Shown here: positions 25,050-37,430 of the stretch, in pieces
How the letters are laid out: every line of letters begins with the position of its first letter
Numbering within the stretch: position 1 is the first letter of the stretch
Assembly: GCA_002633005.1 (NCBI GenBank)
Contig: NMRA01000491.1
Coordinates: 210,374 to 253,329 of the forward strand
DNA length: 42,956 nucleotides
Direction of reading: 5' to 3'
DNA from: Phoronis australis
Taxonomy: Eukaryota > Animalia > Phoronida
Translations under genes and position numbers: made by a program
Notes under the pieces: model-generated
The model's input: the letters and a program-made list of their open reading frames with translations, nothing else
What the model was told of the DNA's origin: nothing
Databases searched by the model: none

Positions 25050-25200
25050 GCGTGCGTTCAGTAACGCTAGGACCAACGCCAGGACGACCTAGCTAAAATC
25101 TAGCCCAAGTCAAGTGCTCTCATTGAAAATATACGGCAACATCTCGCGTAATCTCGCGAAGTCTTGATTTTTAGGGAGGTCCTAGCGTTACTGAACCGTT
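25050..25200 (+). mobile_element. Harbinger-like MITE
   Basis: Perfect 19-bp inverted repeat GTTCAGTAACGCTAGGACC (25056-25074 / 25178-25196). Relatives at 24823-24915 and 37310-37430. Confidence 0.8.
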
Positions 25201-25794
25201 GGAGAAGCAGTTACCAAAAGCATATCTGTTTAACGGTCTGTTTAACAGCGCTACAGTAGAACATTCCAGAAAACCACAAGCCTGATTCCGATCTGTGGAA
25301 GAGTAAGTACAGCAAGAGACTGCTTTGTTGTTGCACTTGATTGACTTCCCGGTTCAACCCGCGCGCCGACCAAGACGTCAGATCGGCAGTCCACATCGAG
25401 AACCGCCGACTAAGAGCAGGTTGACCCAGTGTTGTTTAGTGCAATCATTTACTACAAACCTAACACTTTGCATTTCTCATACCGGAAATTACTTTCGTTG
25501 ATTCAATTAGTAACGCTCCACGGCGGTGGCAAAGGAAAAATCAAGCTGCACCCGCGGCCAATAAATTCTAGGGATATAGACCGACGGCCAGAACACTTAG
25601 CATAGATGAACGAATATGCATTTATTAACAAAAAATTAAATCGTGTCAAGTCAAGCAAAACTATGGCTTTCCGTTTACACGCCAGGCGTTTATTTGGTGT
25701 TGCTAAAACGCCTGAAAATGTCCATTTTCCGAATACACGCCCATGGGCGTATCTACGGAAATTCCTGGTATATACAAAAACGGAGGTCTGCCGT

Positions 25795-26625
25795 TTTCTG
25801 CACTCTGGGTTTGACCCCTGGGAACCTTAAGGAGGCTATAATATATAAATGAGCTAGATATTCGAGGTACCTGCCAAAACTGATTTAAAACGGATACTAG
25901 TACCGCACTGAACACCGAATGAGCCATGGCAGACACATTGCACTCTGGGGTGGGTCCGGCAGCCAAGAAGAACCCCCCAAAATGAGCTAACTCATTCCAG
26001 GTACCACAAAAAACCAATTCCATATGGTTAATAAATGTCACTGATCACTAAATGTCCCATGACAGACAAAATACACTCTGGGTTGTGCCCGCCAAAAACC
26101 TACCAGAATGTCAGCAACGGTATGCCTTTGAAAATCTGGGCTACATTAGATATTCGAGGTACCAGCTCACTGATTTAAAACGAACATCAGTACCGCACTG
26201 AACACCGAATGACCTTTTACAGACAAATTGCACTCTAGGGTCCGCCAGAAACCCCAAAAGGACCCCCAAAATGAGCTCGTTCATACATTCGAGCAGGAAG
26301 AGATAACCTCATTCGAGGTCCGTACCACAAAAGACTAATTTCACGTGATTCAATACATGTCACTGGTCACTAAATGCACCATGACAGACAAAATAACACT
26401 CTGGGTTGTGCCCACCAGAAACCCCTAAAATTGTCAACCACCATATGCCACTCAAAATCTGAGCTACATGTAGACTAGATATTCGAGGTACCAGCTAAAA
26501 CTGACTTTTAAGTCAGATTTAAAAAAAATAAACAATCGTGCCGGAATGATCACCGAATGCCACACGACAGACAAATTGTCCTCTGGAAAGGGTCGCCAGA
26601 AACTGAAAAACGGTGCCCAAAAAGG
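25795..26625. repeat. Diverged tandem array, about 2.5 copies of a 290-330-bp dimeric unit (about 150-bp subunits)
   Basis: TAGATATTCGAGGTACC recurs at about 25855, 26147 and 26476. A CAGACA..A...CACTCT.GG motif occurs twice per unit. Confidence 0.9.
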
Positions 26626-27869
26626 AAGAAACTGTCCCCTTTCTTCCATCTTTTTTCATATTTTTATTTTGCTCTAGCATGATAATTACACGTCACATAA
26701 AATAATACAGTATACATCTTTTACAAAAACATAACATTAAATCATTAGTCAACAAGTACCGTATTTCAGGATGTAATTTAATAAAGTTAATGAACAATTG
26801 GATATTAAGGTTTTTTAACAAACTTTTGGCTAAATATGTATTTTTTTGCTAGCATGATCAACAGATTAATTTTACAATTTTCCGACAGAATGTTTCCCCA
26901 AAAAACCCAAAAAACACTGCTATCTAGTCCACGTGAAAATTAACATGATACGTTTATTTTAACCACTCAGTAAACAGGAGCCAGAAACAGGAGACAAGAC
27001 GACATTCCCAAGAGATGGAGAAAAGTTTCACTGTGTTCACCACAGAAAGAACATAGATCACTTGTTTTTATTTTAATTTTATGTAAATAATTATTAGTTG
27101 GTAATATTCTGTGAATTAAGCGGTATTGAAACCAATGCAATTTTGTATCTTTTGCACAATTGAAGGGAAGTTTATTTACTTTTCTCCACCATGTGTCAGA
27201 GTCACTTAAATTTATATTATTTATAACACGGTTTATATCTATCTCAGATGACCACTTGTTTTTACATTTACAAGCTGTCTAAAGTGACTGTAATAAGGTG
27301 TCATAAATATTTAGCGCTTGTGATTTATCAAAATTTTATAGATATAACTTGGAAAATTTGGTAAAAAGATATTGTCTTGTTTATTCTTAAAGTCACTATT
27401 TCCTTTACTTTCACCTGCTTAGATCACAAATTGAGCTCTGTCAATCGATATAACTAAAATTAACACTTTTCGTAAATTACAGCCATGTACATACTCTCGT
27501 TATTTTACTATTAATTTTTTAAAATTTATAAAAAGTGGGCGGACCTTCAGCCAAACCTCATTATTTATGCGGGTTGCCAGTGGAGAGATTACCCATAATG
27601 CACACGAATCAGCTGACGGAAAAGAAATGTGTCAAGCACAAGCGACCGAGGTGAGTTAGGTGTTTTGGGACTTCTTGTCAGCTAACCAAGAAATCATAAC
27701 GTACAAACATGTGGAAATCACAGCTTGATTCTTACTCGTGACAACAAGATTAATTTGTTCTNGTAGAAAATAGATTTTTTTTACCAACTTTAATCTTTGA
27801 ATTATACCACAGGGGAGAGTAAATAATATTTTCATTTTTGTCACACATTTGAAACAGGAGCACAACATC

Positions 27870-30670
27870 GCTTAAAACTTTCTTCCAGAACAGATTGTCG
27901 GTTCCTTCAGCTATTTTTTAAGGAAAGCGTCTCCCATTTTAAAAAAGTTATCAACTTTACAACCCAAAACTGCCTCTGCAAGGTCACGTATGGTATTTGA
28001 GGTGAATAGTTTACGAAGCCACGACATTTTCAAAGACTTAAAAAAACTAACATGAACCATTCTTAAACCACCATGATCCTGATTTTGTACAATTTCATTT
28101 CAGCTAACTCTGTCATTCTTCCCATTCCAAATGAAGCCAAAAAACTCGCTCTAATTCTTGAATCATGTCAATGGAGGGGCTAGGGAGAGATTGAAGCAAA
28201 TGAACAATCTTGGGCAATAAAAGTGTCTTAACCGCGGGTATTTTACCTAAAACAGTAAGAATTCTTCTTGACCAAGAGCCCACCATTTTCTTAATTTCCA
28301 AAAGCCCGCAACTATAGTTAATACCCGGCATTGTATTATAATCAGTGGAGAAGTTGATTCCCAAAAACATGAAAGGTTTGTTGATAACAGGTTCTCATTG
28401 ACACAAAGTTTTTCGCCAGAGTTTTTTTCTGAACCAATCCAAACACATCTTGTTTTCTCGATGTTTGGCTTCAGACCAGAAAATTTCGCAAATTGGTCAA
28501 TTAAATTCAAAGATGATCTAAGAGATAACTCAAAACCGTCCAAAATTAAACAAGTGTAGTCAGTGTACTGGATCAATTTAAACTCAGAAACACCTATTCT
28601 GATCCCAGTGATGCCACCATCCCGACGAATTAAATTGCCCAATATTTCTACACATAATACAAAAAGGTAAGGAGAAATAGGGTCTCCTTGACGACAGCCT
28701 CTCCCCATTTCAAAAAATTCAGAGAAAAATCCATGTTGGAGAACACAAAGACAAGATTTGTTATAGAGCGTTTTGACCGTGTCAATGAACCTTGGGCCAA
28801 AGTTAAGTACGATAATGCCTTGAGGATGGAAGACCAGGAAACCAAGTCGAAAGCTTTTTCAAAATCGACCATTAAGAGGAGTCCGGGAAAGGGTTTACAA
28901 TCTAAAAACTGAATTACATCATATAAAATTCTTATAATTTCCCCAATATATCTGCCTTTCACGAAACACTGTTGGTTCACGTGAATAAGGGGTCCGAGGA
29001 CGCTTTTTAGGCGTCTTGCAATACAACCAGACAAAAATTTGTAAGTAATATTCAATAGTAAAATTGGACGCCAATTTTTGATGAATTCTCTTGGTTTATT
29101 TTCTTTTGGTATTATTGAGATAATACCATGTTTTTGCGTTGTAGATAATTTATTGATACCTTCTTCAAAAGATCGGAACAAATAATATTTAAGGTCAGGC
29201 CAAAAATTTTTTAAAAATTCTACTGTGAAACCATCTGGGCAAGGACTTTTGTGGTTTTTAAAATCTTTCAGAGTTGCATGAATTTCCTCCAAAGTGACAA
29301 ATTTTTCAAGTTCGACTCGGTTAGACTGGTTCAGTTTAGACATTGGGCACGATGCCAAAAGTTCATTTAAATTAACATCAACAAGGTCGCCGTCTTTACA
29401 GGAGTATAAATTTTTATAAAAAGAAGTGATCTCCGAGAGGATAGCGGATTGTTTCTTGATAGCGTTATTGGAGCTTAGTAGCTTAGTTACATTCTTATTC
29501 ACAAAATTTCGTTTTTTTAATGCACAAAAATATTTGGTTGGTTTTTCACCATTTTCAACCCAGTTGTCTCTCGATCTGACCATTGATCCATGCATGTATT
29601 CTATGCGATAATCCTCGTATTCTGACTTCTTTTATTTTCCAATAGAGCAGGATCGTCACTCTCATTGAACCTATGTTGTAAGGACATTAAATGTTCTTCC
29701 AAGTCTTTTCCTTTTCTATTTTTTTCTTAGAGATACAAAATGGAATAGTTACCGTTCGAATATTTAACAATAATGTCTCCAAAAATAATTGATCAGATAT
29801 TGAAGATTATCCGAGTCAATTTCTTGTATTTTGTTCAAATCGTATACTGGAAGAGCATATTGTTTTTTCGTACACAAAATCTCATTCTTGACGAGATTAA
29901 TATATTCTTTTTATTTTAGCAGTGAGTTATTAAATTTCAAAAACCCCGATCCTTTTTTGAACGTAGTTAATTGTATAGTTAAGACGACGTTGTTATGGTC
30001 CGATCGGTAGCCCGACTGTATTTCCACCTTTTCGATACGCGAGAGTAATTGTTGGGTAACAAGAAACTAATCTAACCTAGCCTTTTTGACTGGATTTGTC
30101 CTGGACCATATAAACTTTTTCGCTGAGGGATAATAAACACGCCATGGGCCCGTGCGATCAAGAGCCACCTTCATCTCCAGCATTTGGTCACGAATTTTAG
30201 GGTTATTTACAGAGATATAACTATGGCAATCAAGGTAAAAATCTTGGACCAAATTAAAATCGCCACAAACAACAACAAAATCGTTATTGTAACTGGCGAT
30301 TTTCTGTGAAATGTCATTAAAAATTGAGGGCTATCTTTGTTTGGTCCATAAATATTCACCAACACAATAGAAAAACCGTTATTTACTTCAAGCTCTAAAA
30401 TTTGGAGATTTCCTGCAGTATCCGAAGTAAAAGATTGAACTTTAAGTTGAAAATTACTATTAAACAAGATAGCAACACCCCTGGAATCACTTCGACCATG
30501 GCTGAAAAAACAGTCCTAACCTCACTGAGCTCGAATTGTGAGTCTTTCCGCAACAGTTAAGTGAGTATCTTGTACGCAGAAAATACTGTAGGCACGCTGC
30601 TTTATATAATGGAAAACAGAGTTCCTAGAGCTCTACAGTTAAAAGATGCAATTTTCAAATTGTTCGCCAT
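27870..30670 (-). mobile_element. Degraded Tx1/L1-clade LINE ORF2 (endonuclease plus RT, 3'-truncated); probable spacer sequence extends to about 31050
   Basis: Starts MANNLKIASFNCRAL, followed by SRGVAILF, VNIYGPN, GDFN, ENGEKPTKYF, KSPCPDGFTVEF, NWRPILLLN, VDFEKAFD, GCRQGDPISPYLF, QYTD and FSGLKPN, with many stops and frameshifts. Confidence 0.92.
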
Positions 30671-31671
30671 ATGAAGATAATTAAGACACTTCTAAACTCA
30701 ACCATACAGCGTTGCTCATTAAGTACAAAATGAATCACATTGTGTGTTCTAAACACCCCAAACCAACCGAAACCACAAGAACCCTAAACCAATATAAATA
30801 ATAAATTCTTCTGATGAAACATTCAATGCAACATATCGACACTAAGTGTTCAACGGGTATAAGACGTATGCAATGAAACATCGCCAATCTAAGACCAAAT
30901 GATATAATGGTACTTGCACTACAAAGGCTAGAAGCAAAATATTCAAAAAACATGAAGACCTGGAAAACAGGAAAGATAAACAAAACGAAAATAAAAGAAA
31001 TTAGGCAAAATTATAAAAATTACAGGAGGACAATAGGGACTCATAACTAATAACTGGAAAGATTGGGCACTGAAAAAACAGGACCAAATTCCGAAACTTT
31101 TAATTACAAGACCTCAGCCGCGAACACTATATACATGTAGCAGTTGTTTCGGTGCCCTGCGCGCCATCTTTCTTCCATCTTAGTCAAGCGGTAAAATATG
31201 GCTACATAATGTATGTCGCAAGGGAGGCTCAGAACAGTTCTCACAGGGGTTCGCCTGTCAGAACACACGTCAATGCACTCTTCACCCTTACTTCACTTTG
31301 TCAAAAACTGCATGCAAATAAGGAAATGTTTTGAGTCATTTCACATCAGAAGCCCTACAGATGAGCACAGAAACTTTATTCTCTCTTGCATTTTTGACTC
31401 TTTCACTCCCAGTGGAAACCAATCTGAACTAAGAAAAATGAGGGCAAGAAAATGCAAAATCGGCACTTTTCACCCCAAAATCACCACTTTCCTGCCGATG
31501 CTCGACTAAAGCCAACATTAGATTCCGAAAGCAAATTTCCTACCGATTCCAAAAATGTGGTCCAAAAGTACTGTCAACCAACTAGTTTTTTTGCAAATCT
31601 GGCTTGTTTGAGGGCTACCTGAAATCGCGGCCAATTTCTCAGTTGCTACACAGCAATGCACAACTGCAACA

Positions 31672-31884
31672 GGGGGCCACCAACTTGAAGAAGAGTGCAG
31701 CTACAGCCAAGAAACTGGCCTTTTTTCATTCCCAGCAGCATGTTCACAAATACAAAAACCACATTCACTTGGCCTACACACAATACCTAACTAAAAATGC
31801 CCCAAAGCCTGGTTTAGCCCTAGATTTTAACATTTTGGGAGTGCAAATTGGCCGCGGCCACAGCCTAACTATTCTGTGCCACCA
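31672..31884 (+). repeat. Interspersed repeat, copy 2 of 1-215 (probably extends upstream toward about 31200)
   Basis: Direct similarity to 1-215. The shared KKSAATAKK ORFs are artefacts of this repeat. Confidence 0.85.
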
Positions 31885-32801
31885 AGGGAACTTACAATAG
31901 TATATGATAGTAAGTCAGTTTAGCCGTGCGTCAAAAAGTGAGATATTTAGATGGCGTGGCGGAATGGCGGAAAAATTCTAAAAAGCGGGACAGTCCGCAA
32001 AGAGCGGGACAATTGGCAAATACACAGTGAAGCTGTCAGAAAGAAGAAGTACTGGATTGGGTTCTTTTACAAGGTAAACTTTTAATTTTATTTAACGGGT
32101 GTAGTCAAGTACTGCAGATAACAGTAGTTATAGGGAAATACAACAAAATAACACAGTTATTTTAACACACCTGTTTTTAGGGCCTAAGCTTTCATTTAGG
32201 ACAAATGTAACTTCTTTCCGTAAAAAGACGTAACACGAATTTAACACCCAAAAATGAGTAACAAGTAAATGCGCATGGCGCTATATAGTAGCTTAATACC
32301 ATTATCACAAAAAAGGAACAAATTCTTACGAAACGCGATAACAACATATATGACACGTCCAAATATTGGCCTGTAAAATTTAACGTAAATGAAAGAGCTT
32401 GCGTTTCACTGAAATGCCACAAGTATAATATTAAAGTCTGAATGGAGATTTGGTACTGAAAAAGAAGATAATGAAAAAAAAAACAAACAAAAGAAAACTG
32501 AAACTTTGCAGTATTTATCATTGACAGAGGTTGATATGTCAAATGAGCCGTTTCACTAAAGACGTGTCAAGTTTGTAATGCAGTTTAAAAACCACACTAA
32601 CGTTGCTTGTCTGGTGACAGTGTATGCAAAGCATTCCACATTAGCGACGCGTTAACGCGTCACAAAACGAACACATTTAAGTGAATAACATTACCTCGCT
32701 CAATACAAATATTAAAGTGTGTGTTACCATGCAGTCTTCACACACAGACTTACCCTGGAAGAACTTGTACTACTAGTGCAAGTTAAATGTCCCACTTTTA
32801 A

Positions 32802-34264
32802 AGGAGAATGCCACCAAAAAATCAACCTATTTTATATCAATTTAGATCGAGTAGTTCTACTCGATGACGGCAGGTTCGGTTGCGTTACCTGACACCTGAC
32901 GGCAGCCGGAGGTGTTGAAATTATCCAATGACGTAATTGGTTTCACACGCAGTCTGTTCAGCAGTTCACAACACGAGTTTGTGGTGTCAGCTTATCGCTT
33001 GAATTCATCGTTTGACACAAACTTCGATGTAAAACCCTTAAAAATACACCGAGTTCTTATAAAAACGTGTTTTATATTTCGCTGTTTAAGTGTTACGGAT
33101 TTACTGGTAGTGGACACATCGTAGCCTAAAAAGTTCGGCAGGTCAATTTACCAAGGCCCGTTGCAGGAGTTTGGGATCTGTTCGGGGATAAATTCGAAGT
33201 ATTCTTCCTTGAAATACAGACAGGAGAACCTAGATCTGTGTTGTTTATACTTGTGATTTTTTGAGTTCTAAACACACAAAACGCTTGTTATCCCGGCCAG
33301 TGGCTCGGAAGCCGATCAGGCCCGTCGCAGCTTGAGTTGGAAACTAAACCTCCAGTCACGAAAAGACTATAATGTTGAGCCAAAGAAATAATGTGCACGT
33401 AATTATTTATGTGAATTAGCCACGAAACTGAAAATCTATTTACTTGTCGGGGGCCGCGAAGTCGGGTTCCCCTTCCACATACCGTCAGGGCAAAGGTTGT
33501 ACAGTAACAATGATTTGAATAATGTATTTCAAAGATTTTCCTAACGAGTAATTGTTTCACGACAGCTTTCTGTCAGCAAACACTGAATTAGCATGCGCTC
33601 ACACGGCCTCGGTGCCCGGTCAATTACCTTTGTTGCCGGTCACGCAATGGTTGGCTAGGATCATTTTAAGATGAGAATAATGCATTTTGAAACAGAACGA
33701 AGAATAATAAACGTCTCAGTTCATAGCAACTCGCCCGGCGCCAATCCCGACTTAGTCCGATACTTCACCGTGACTGGTCGGATCGTGGGTTTCACAGGCT
33801 ATCAATTCGAATCGGAATACACTGATCAAGAAAAGCGCCGTGAACATGCACAGGCAACGAATCATACGGATAGTTATTTGGTAAGACGGAATTCGTCAGA
33901 AAAATCACTGTCGACGAAATGCCGTCCAACGACAAGGAGATGTTTCACGGCCTCATACTTGCTATTAACATTCTTCATTACCGCGAGCCACTTCGTAATC
34001 ATTTCGGGCTCTCGAGGAAGTCGAAAAAACGATATACCCGCCTTCTTCGCGGCTTCATAGTTCGGACAAGCGGGAACAATGTACCGCGACATAGCGGCAT
34101 TCAATCTGCCGACGAACCACTGACGTCGCTGCGTCGTTTCTCACCTTCCTCACAGGTTAACGCGACACCTCTCGGCAAGGTGAGGTCGACCGTATAAGAG
34201 GCGATGACGATATAGACCGATTAAGACGGTAAAAAAGACTAATTAAATCGGGTGGCATTCTTCT
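32802..34264 (-). mobile_element. Internally deleted Kolobok transposon, copy 2 (inverted relative to copy 1)
   Basis: TTAA|AGGAGAATGCCACC ... GGTGGCATTCTTCT|TTAA (13/14 TIR, perfect TTAA on both sides). THAP remnant at 33874-34092 (minus) and GYQFESEYTDQE on plus. Confidence 0.9.
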
Positions 34265-34933
34265 TTAACTTATAGTCTGTATTATTGATAAATAGTATTA
34301 GACCCTGAAGATCGTGATTACATTATGTAAACACACAGCTCAACAGCTGCATTAAGTTTAAATAGCGTCCACACAGCCTCCAAACCTAGCGATAACTCAT
34401 CCCAGGAGTAACGTTTTCTAGGATGGTTCTGCGCCAGTGTGAACGGCACTTCTTATTCAATGTCATCTGCGCTGGAACGCGTACACCGGAAGTCAAGCAG
34501 CTATGACTGATGATCAGGGTAGAGTTTAATGACGCTAGTACCTCGTTAAAAACCAAGGTCGCGAGACAGTTCGCGAGATGTTGCTGTGTGTGAGAGCACA
34601 TGATTTTGACTAGATTTTACTCACCGCCAAATAGCTACAATTGACCTCTACCTAGTTCTAGACCTACATTGTGTACAGGTGAGTGTCACGATCGGCCATT
34701 TTATCATGATTTCTCGTGTGAATTTAATCCTACTTTTTGATATCCAAAGAAAACTAACAACATCTGACACTGCATACAACACCAACAATTCTAAAAAAAC
34801 ACAGTGTAGTATTTACAGTTACATGTAGGTTATAAACGAGAAGGCAGCCAGGCAATAAGTGCTACTGGATACTTCCATTCCGCCTGAAGTTTAAAATGAG
34901 AACAACATTCGTACAGCGGGTGAAAAAATCTAA

Positions 34934-35077
34934 GGTGCGTTCCGTATAAGCAAGAAATCTAAAAACTCAAGATCACGCAAGTCTTCGCAATACGCGATGA
35001 ATTACAAGCGAAGCACGTGATCAAATTAAAATTAGTTTTTTTCTCGTGAGTGTCCTATGTCTATGTACGGAACGCAG
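34934..35077. mobile_element. Short MITE (family of 7381-7506), with an extra terminal half-copy at 35086-35110
   Basis: TGCGTTCCGTA ... TACGGAACGCA perfect 11-bp inverted ends; TAA lies to the left. Confidence 0.65.
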
Positions 35078-35248
35078 TACTAGTATGCGTTCCGTAGACG
35101 CGAGAATTTGTACCGAGGTCTATCGCAGGCTGGTAAAGAACTACACTGACGGTCGATCGACTATAACCCAACGCACAGAGTATCTACTCAGCTTCCAAAT
35201 GACGATGATCCTTCTTCTTGTAACGGCAAGATTTTTTCCTTTCATAGC

Positions 35249-35608
35249 CTAAAGTATAGCACAAATAGAACTGTATTCTTTCGATCCTCCATAAGATCGC
35301 GAAGCTGTGTTATCAGGCGACGAAAGCTTACGCTTGGTGCTCGGACCAGGGAGTTCCTGTTGCTTTTTCGTGATGCGTGGGGCTAAAGACTTCCGGATAC
35401 CTGTAAGATCTCGTTTCTTTTTCTCTTTACGGATAGTTTTCTTTTTATTAAATTTAGTCTCGTTTCCAGAGTCCATGCTGAAAAACGAAGAAAGAGATTC
35501 TCTGACAGTATCGACGTTATCGTCTTCGAGATCCTGCTGTTGCTGCTCTGAACAGTTGACGGACGGCTGCAGCGCCATCGGCAAAGTAGCTTTGACGGTG
35601 CTCTGCAT
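35249..35608 (-). CDS. Gene B, exon 4 (terminal): MQSTVKAT...KKKTIRKEKKKR...KRKLSSP...EYSSICAIL*
   Basis: Acceptor TATTTCAG|, phase 0, 119 codons, ending exactly in the CaaX motif CAIL before TAG. Confidence 0.75.
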   Translation of the reverse strand: MQSTVKATLPMALQPSVNCSEQQQQDLEDDNVDTVRESLSSFFSMDSGNETKFNKKKTIRKEKKKRDLTGIRKSLAPRITKKQQELPGPSTKRKLSSPDNTASRSYGGSKEYSSICAIL

Positions 35609-35860
35609 CTGAAATACCAAGTCGAATGTGATGATTTTTTGCGGTACGATGCATAACGCACTTTCCACACGTAGACAAGGGACCATTGTCCACATACTAA
35701 GATTATCTTACAAGATTTTTTTCAGGTTGATAGTGTTTCGGGAGAGGCGTTGCTGACGGAATGAGAGGTTTCATGATTCATTCACTCCATAATGCTGTTT
35801 TAACGTATTAAAATACGTCACGTTAAGTAATTCTGCCGTAGGTAAACCTGATTAACTTAC

Positions 35861-35959
35861 TATAATTTCAAGCGAACCGCGCTTCTCTTGGACCAGTATG
35901 CTGTGGGATGAATTAGGAGTTTCTGTTTTGGCGTCTCGAACTGCAGCAAAGTTCATGAT
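35861..35959 (-). CDS. Gene B, exon 3 (IMNFAAVRDAKTETPNSSHSILVQEKRGSLEII)
   Basis: Acceptor TTTCTTTACAG| and donor ATA|GTAAGT, 99 bp. Only the phase 0-0 frame is open. Confidence 0.75.
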
Positions 35960-36144
35960 CTGTAAAGAAATGTTGAAATTAGGAAACACTGAATTTTCAA
36001 ATGGTGAAGTCATTAATGTCGAAGTGTGCGAGGATGGCGTTTGTCCTTTATCAGTTACACAGGCATTCGTACTTTCGTTTATAATGTAAACAGCATCTCT
36101 GAGAAATGTTAACAGTGAAACGACGGCACATCTAGAAGCGGAAA

Positions 36145-36146
<2 letters not shown>

Positions 36147-36200
<54 letters not shown>
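36147..36200. repeat. (AT)27 microsatellite
   Basis: Read directly. Confidence 0.99.
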
Positions 36201-36202
<2 letters not shown>

Positions 36203-36329
36203 CAACAACTGTACACAAATAATTGTGCTTTCCCTGAAAAACACGAGTTCTCTATTCTGTAAGTAGAGACAGTTTTCATTGTTATAGGCCGGCAAACGGA
36301 CCTTCCGGAATTTTCTCGTGAATAAAATC

Positions 36330-36593
36330 TCTTTCTAAAGATTTCCCAGCCCCTTTATTAGACTTTGGCACCGTGTTAAAGATTTTCTAGCCCTTAGTTT
36401 TTATTTTCCCACCCTTTATTAAAGATTGTCCCGCCCTTTTAATTTTCCTGCTTTTTCTTTAAAGATTTTCCCGCTCTTTTGTCAATATTTCCCGTCCTGT
36501 TTCCCGCGCTTTTATTAGATTTTCCCGCCTTCTTAAACATTTTCCCGCCTTCTTAAAGATTTACCACTCCACTTTTAAGATTTTTCCCGCCCA
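36330..36593. repeat. Degenerate 20-23-bp minisatellite (TAAAGATTTTCCCGCCCCTTTAT-like), roughly a dozen copies
   Basis: Recurring AGATTTTCCCGC core. Confidence 0.85.
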
Positions 36594-37309
36594 ATATATT
36601 TGGTTTGCTTCTCAAATATGCATTTGATTCTTTTGGAGGGCCAAAATTGAGATTCCAAAATTTAAGTTTGAGGCATCTTGCATGCATACGTTGCTATGGA
36701 GACTGTAGGCAGTTGTGCGATTTTGGTAAGATATCCTACTTCTAGAGCGTCATACGATATGAAGAAGGATAATTGCATATACCCTTTATGTTTTTGTAGA
36801 GCTAAGATCATTATAGGCACAGACACAAACTAAGGTACGAAGGTTGGGTCGTCAATCCCTACCATCATACATACTATCAAAGAAATACGTAAATGTTTGT
36901 CTGGTTCACTCGTGGACGTGCACTTAAAAGCGTTGATAACAGCACAGCTTTTACGTGACGTTTGCGTTTCATAACCTAAGCATGTAACACCAGGGTAGTT
37001 TCCCAGCCAAAGGTGATTCCCGTACAATAGCAGGTATCCGTGCGAAGCACGGGTTCCAGTAGCGTGGTTTTGAGAGTATATCAAAAGCCTTTTTGACATC
37101 GTTGCTTGTAGTGCAGCTTTTGACCATGGGTTACAACGAAAGAAGGCAAAGACTATGGCCCAAAATCAGGGTCTGTAGTTATGATTTTGGTTTTCGGAGC
37201 TTTCATTGTGTGACTGCTTAAAAAATCTTATCCATGCGAAGTTCAGTTTCACGGCAATGTAGAATAATCGTTGTCTACAAGCGTTAAGTAATGAGAGACA
37301 TGCCTCCCA

Positions 37310-37430
37310 TTCAGTAACGCTAAAAAGCAAAACTTCGCAAGATTACGTGAGATATTGCCGTGCATTTCAAATTAGAACACGTGACTTTGACTAGGTTTTA
37401 GCTAGGTCCTAGCGTCTACTGAACGCACGC
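37310..37430 (-). mobile_element. Harbinger-like MITE, inverted copy of 25050-25200
   Basis: TTCAGTAACGCTA ... TAGCGTCTACTGAACGCACGC; the interior matches the reverse complement of the 25-kb copy. Confidence 0.75.

Larger units (their letters stand above)
36147..37062 (+). mobile_element. Probable non-autonomous Helitron in gene B intron 2
   Basis: Hairpin CCGTGC-GAA-GCACGG (37038-37052) lies 10 nt before the end of GTAG, a degenerate CTAG. There is an internal minisatellite. The 5' end is uncertain and placed at the AT tract. Confidence 0.5.

Noticed and set aside
12953-34264. A single giant transposon (Polinton-like) with 1.4-kb TIRs carrying the GPCR
   Set aside because: Each arm has its own short TIRs and TTAA-type flanks, and the interior has no integrase, polymerase or capsid genes.
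35249-35695. The 148-aa ORF as a standalone gene or LINE ORF1 remnant
   Set aside because: A strong acceptor at 35609 and in-phase upstream exons explain it better, and no LINE ORF2 follows.
35852-36295. 147-aa ORF with a YIYIYI run
   Set aside because: It reads through the (AT)27 microsatellite; only the splice-bounded 99 bp are credible.
37060-37125. DVKKAFDIL on the minus strand, resembling an RT motif
   Set aside because: Isolated short match with no other RT motifs nearby.
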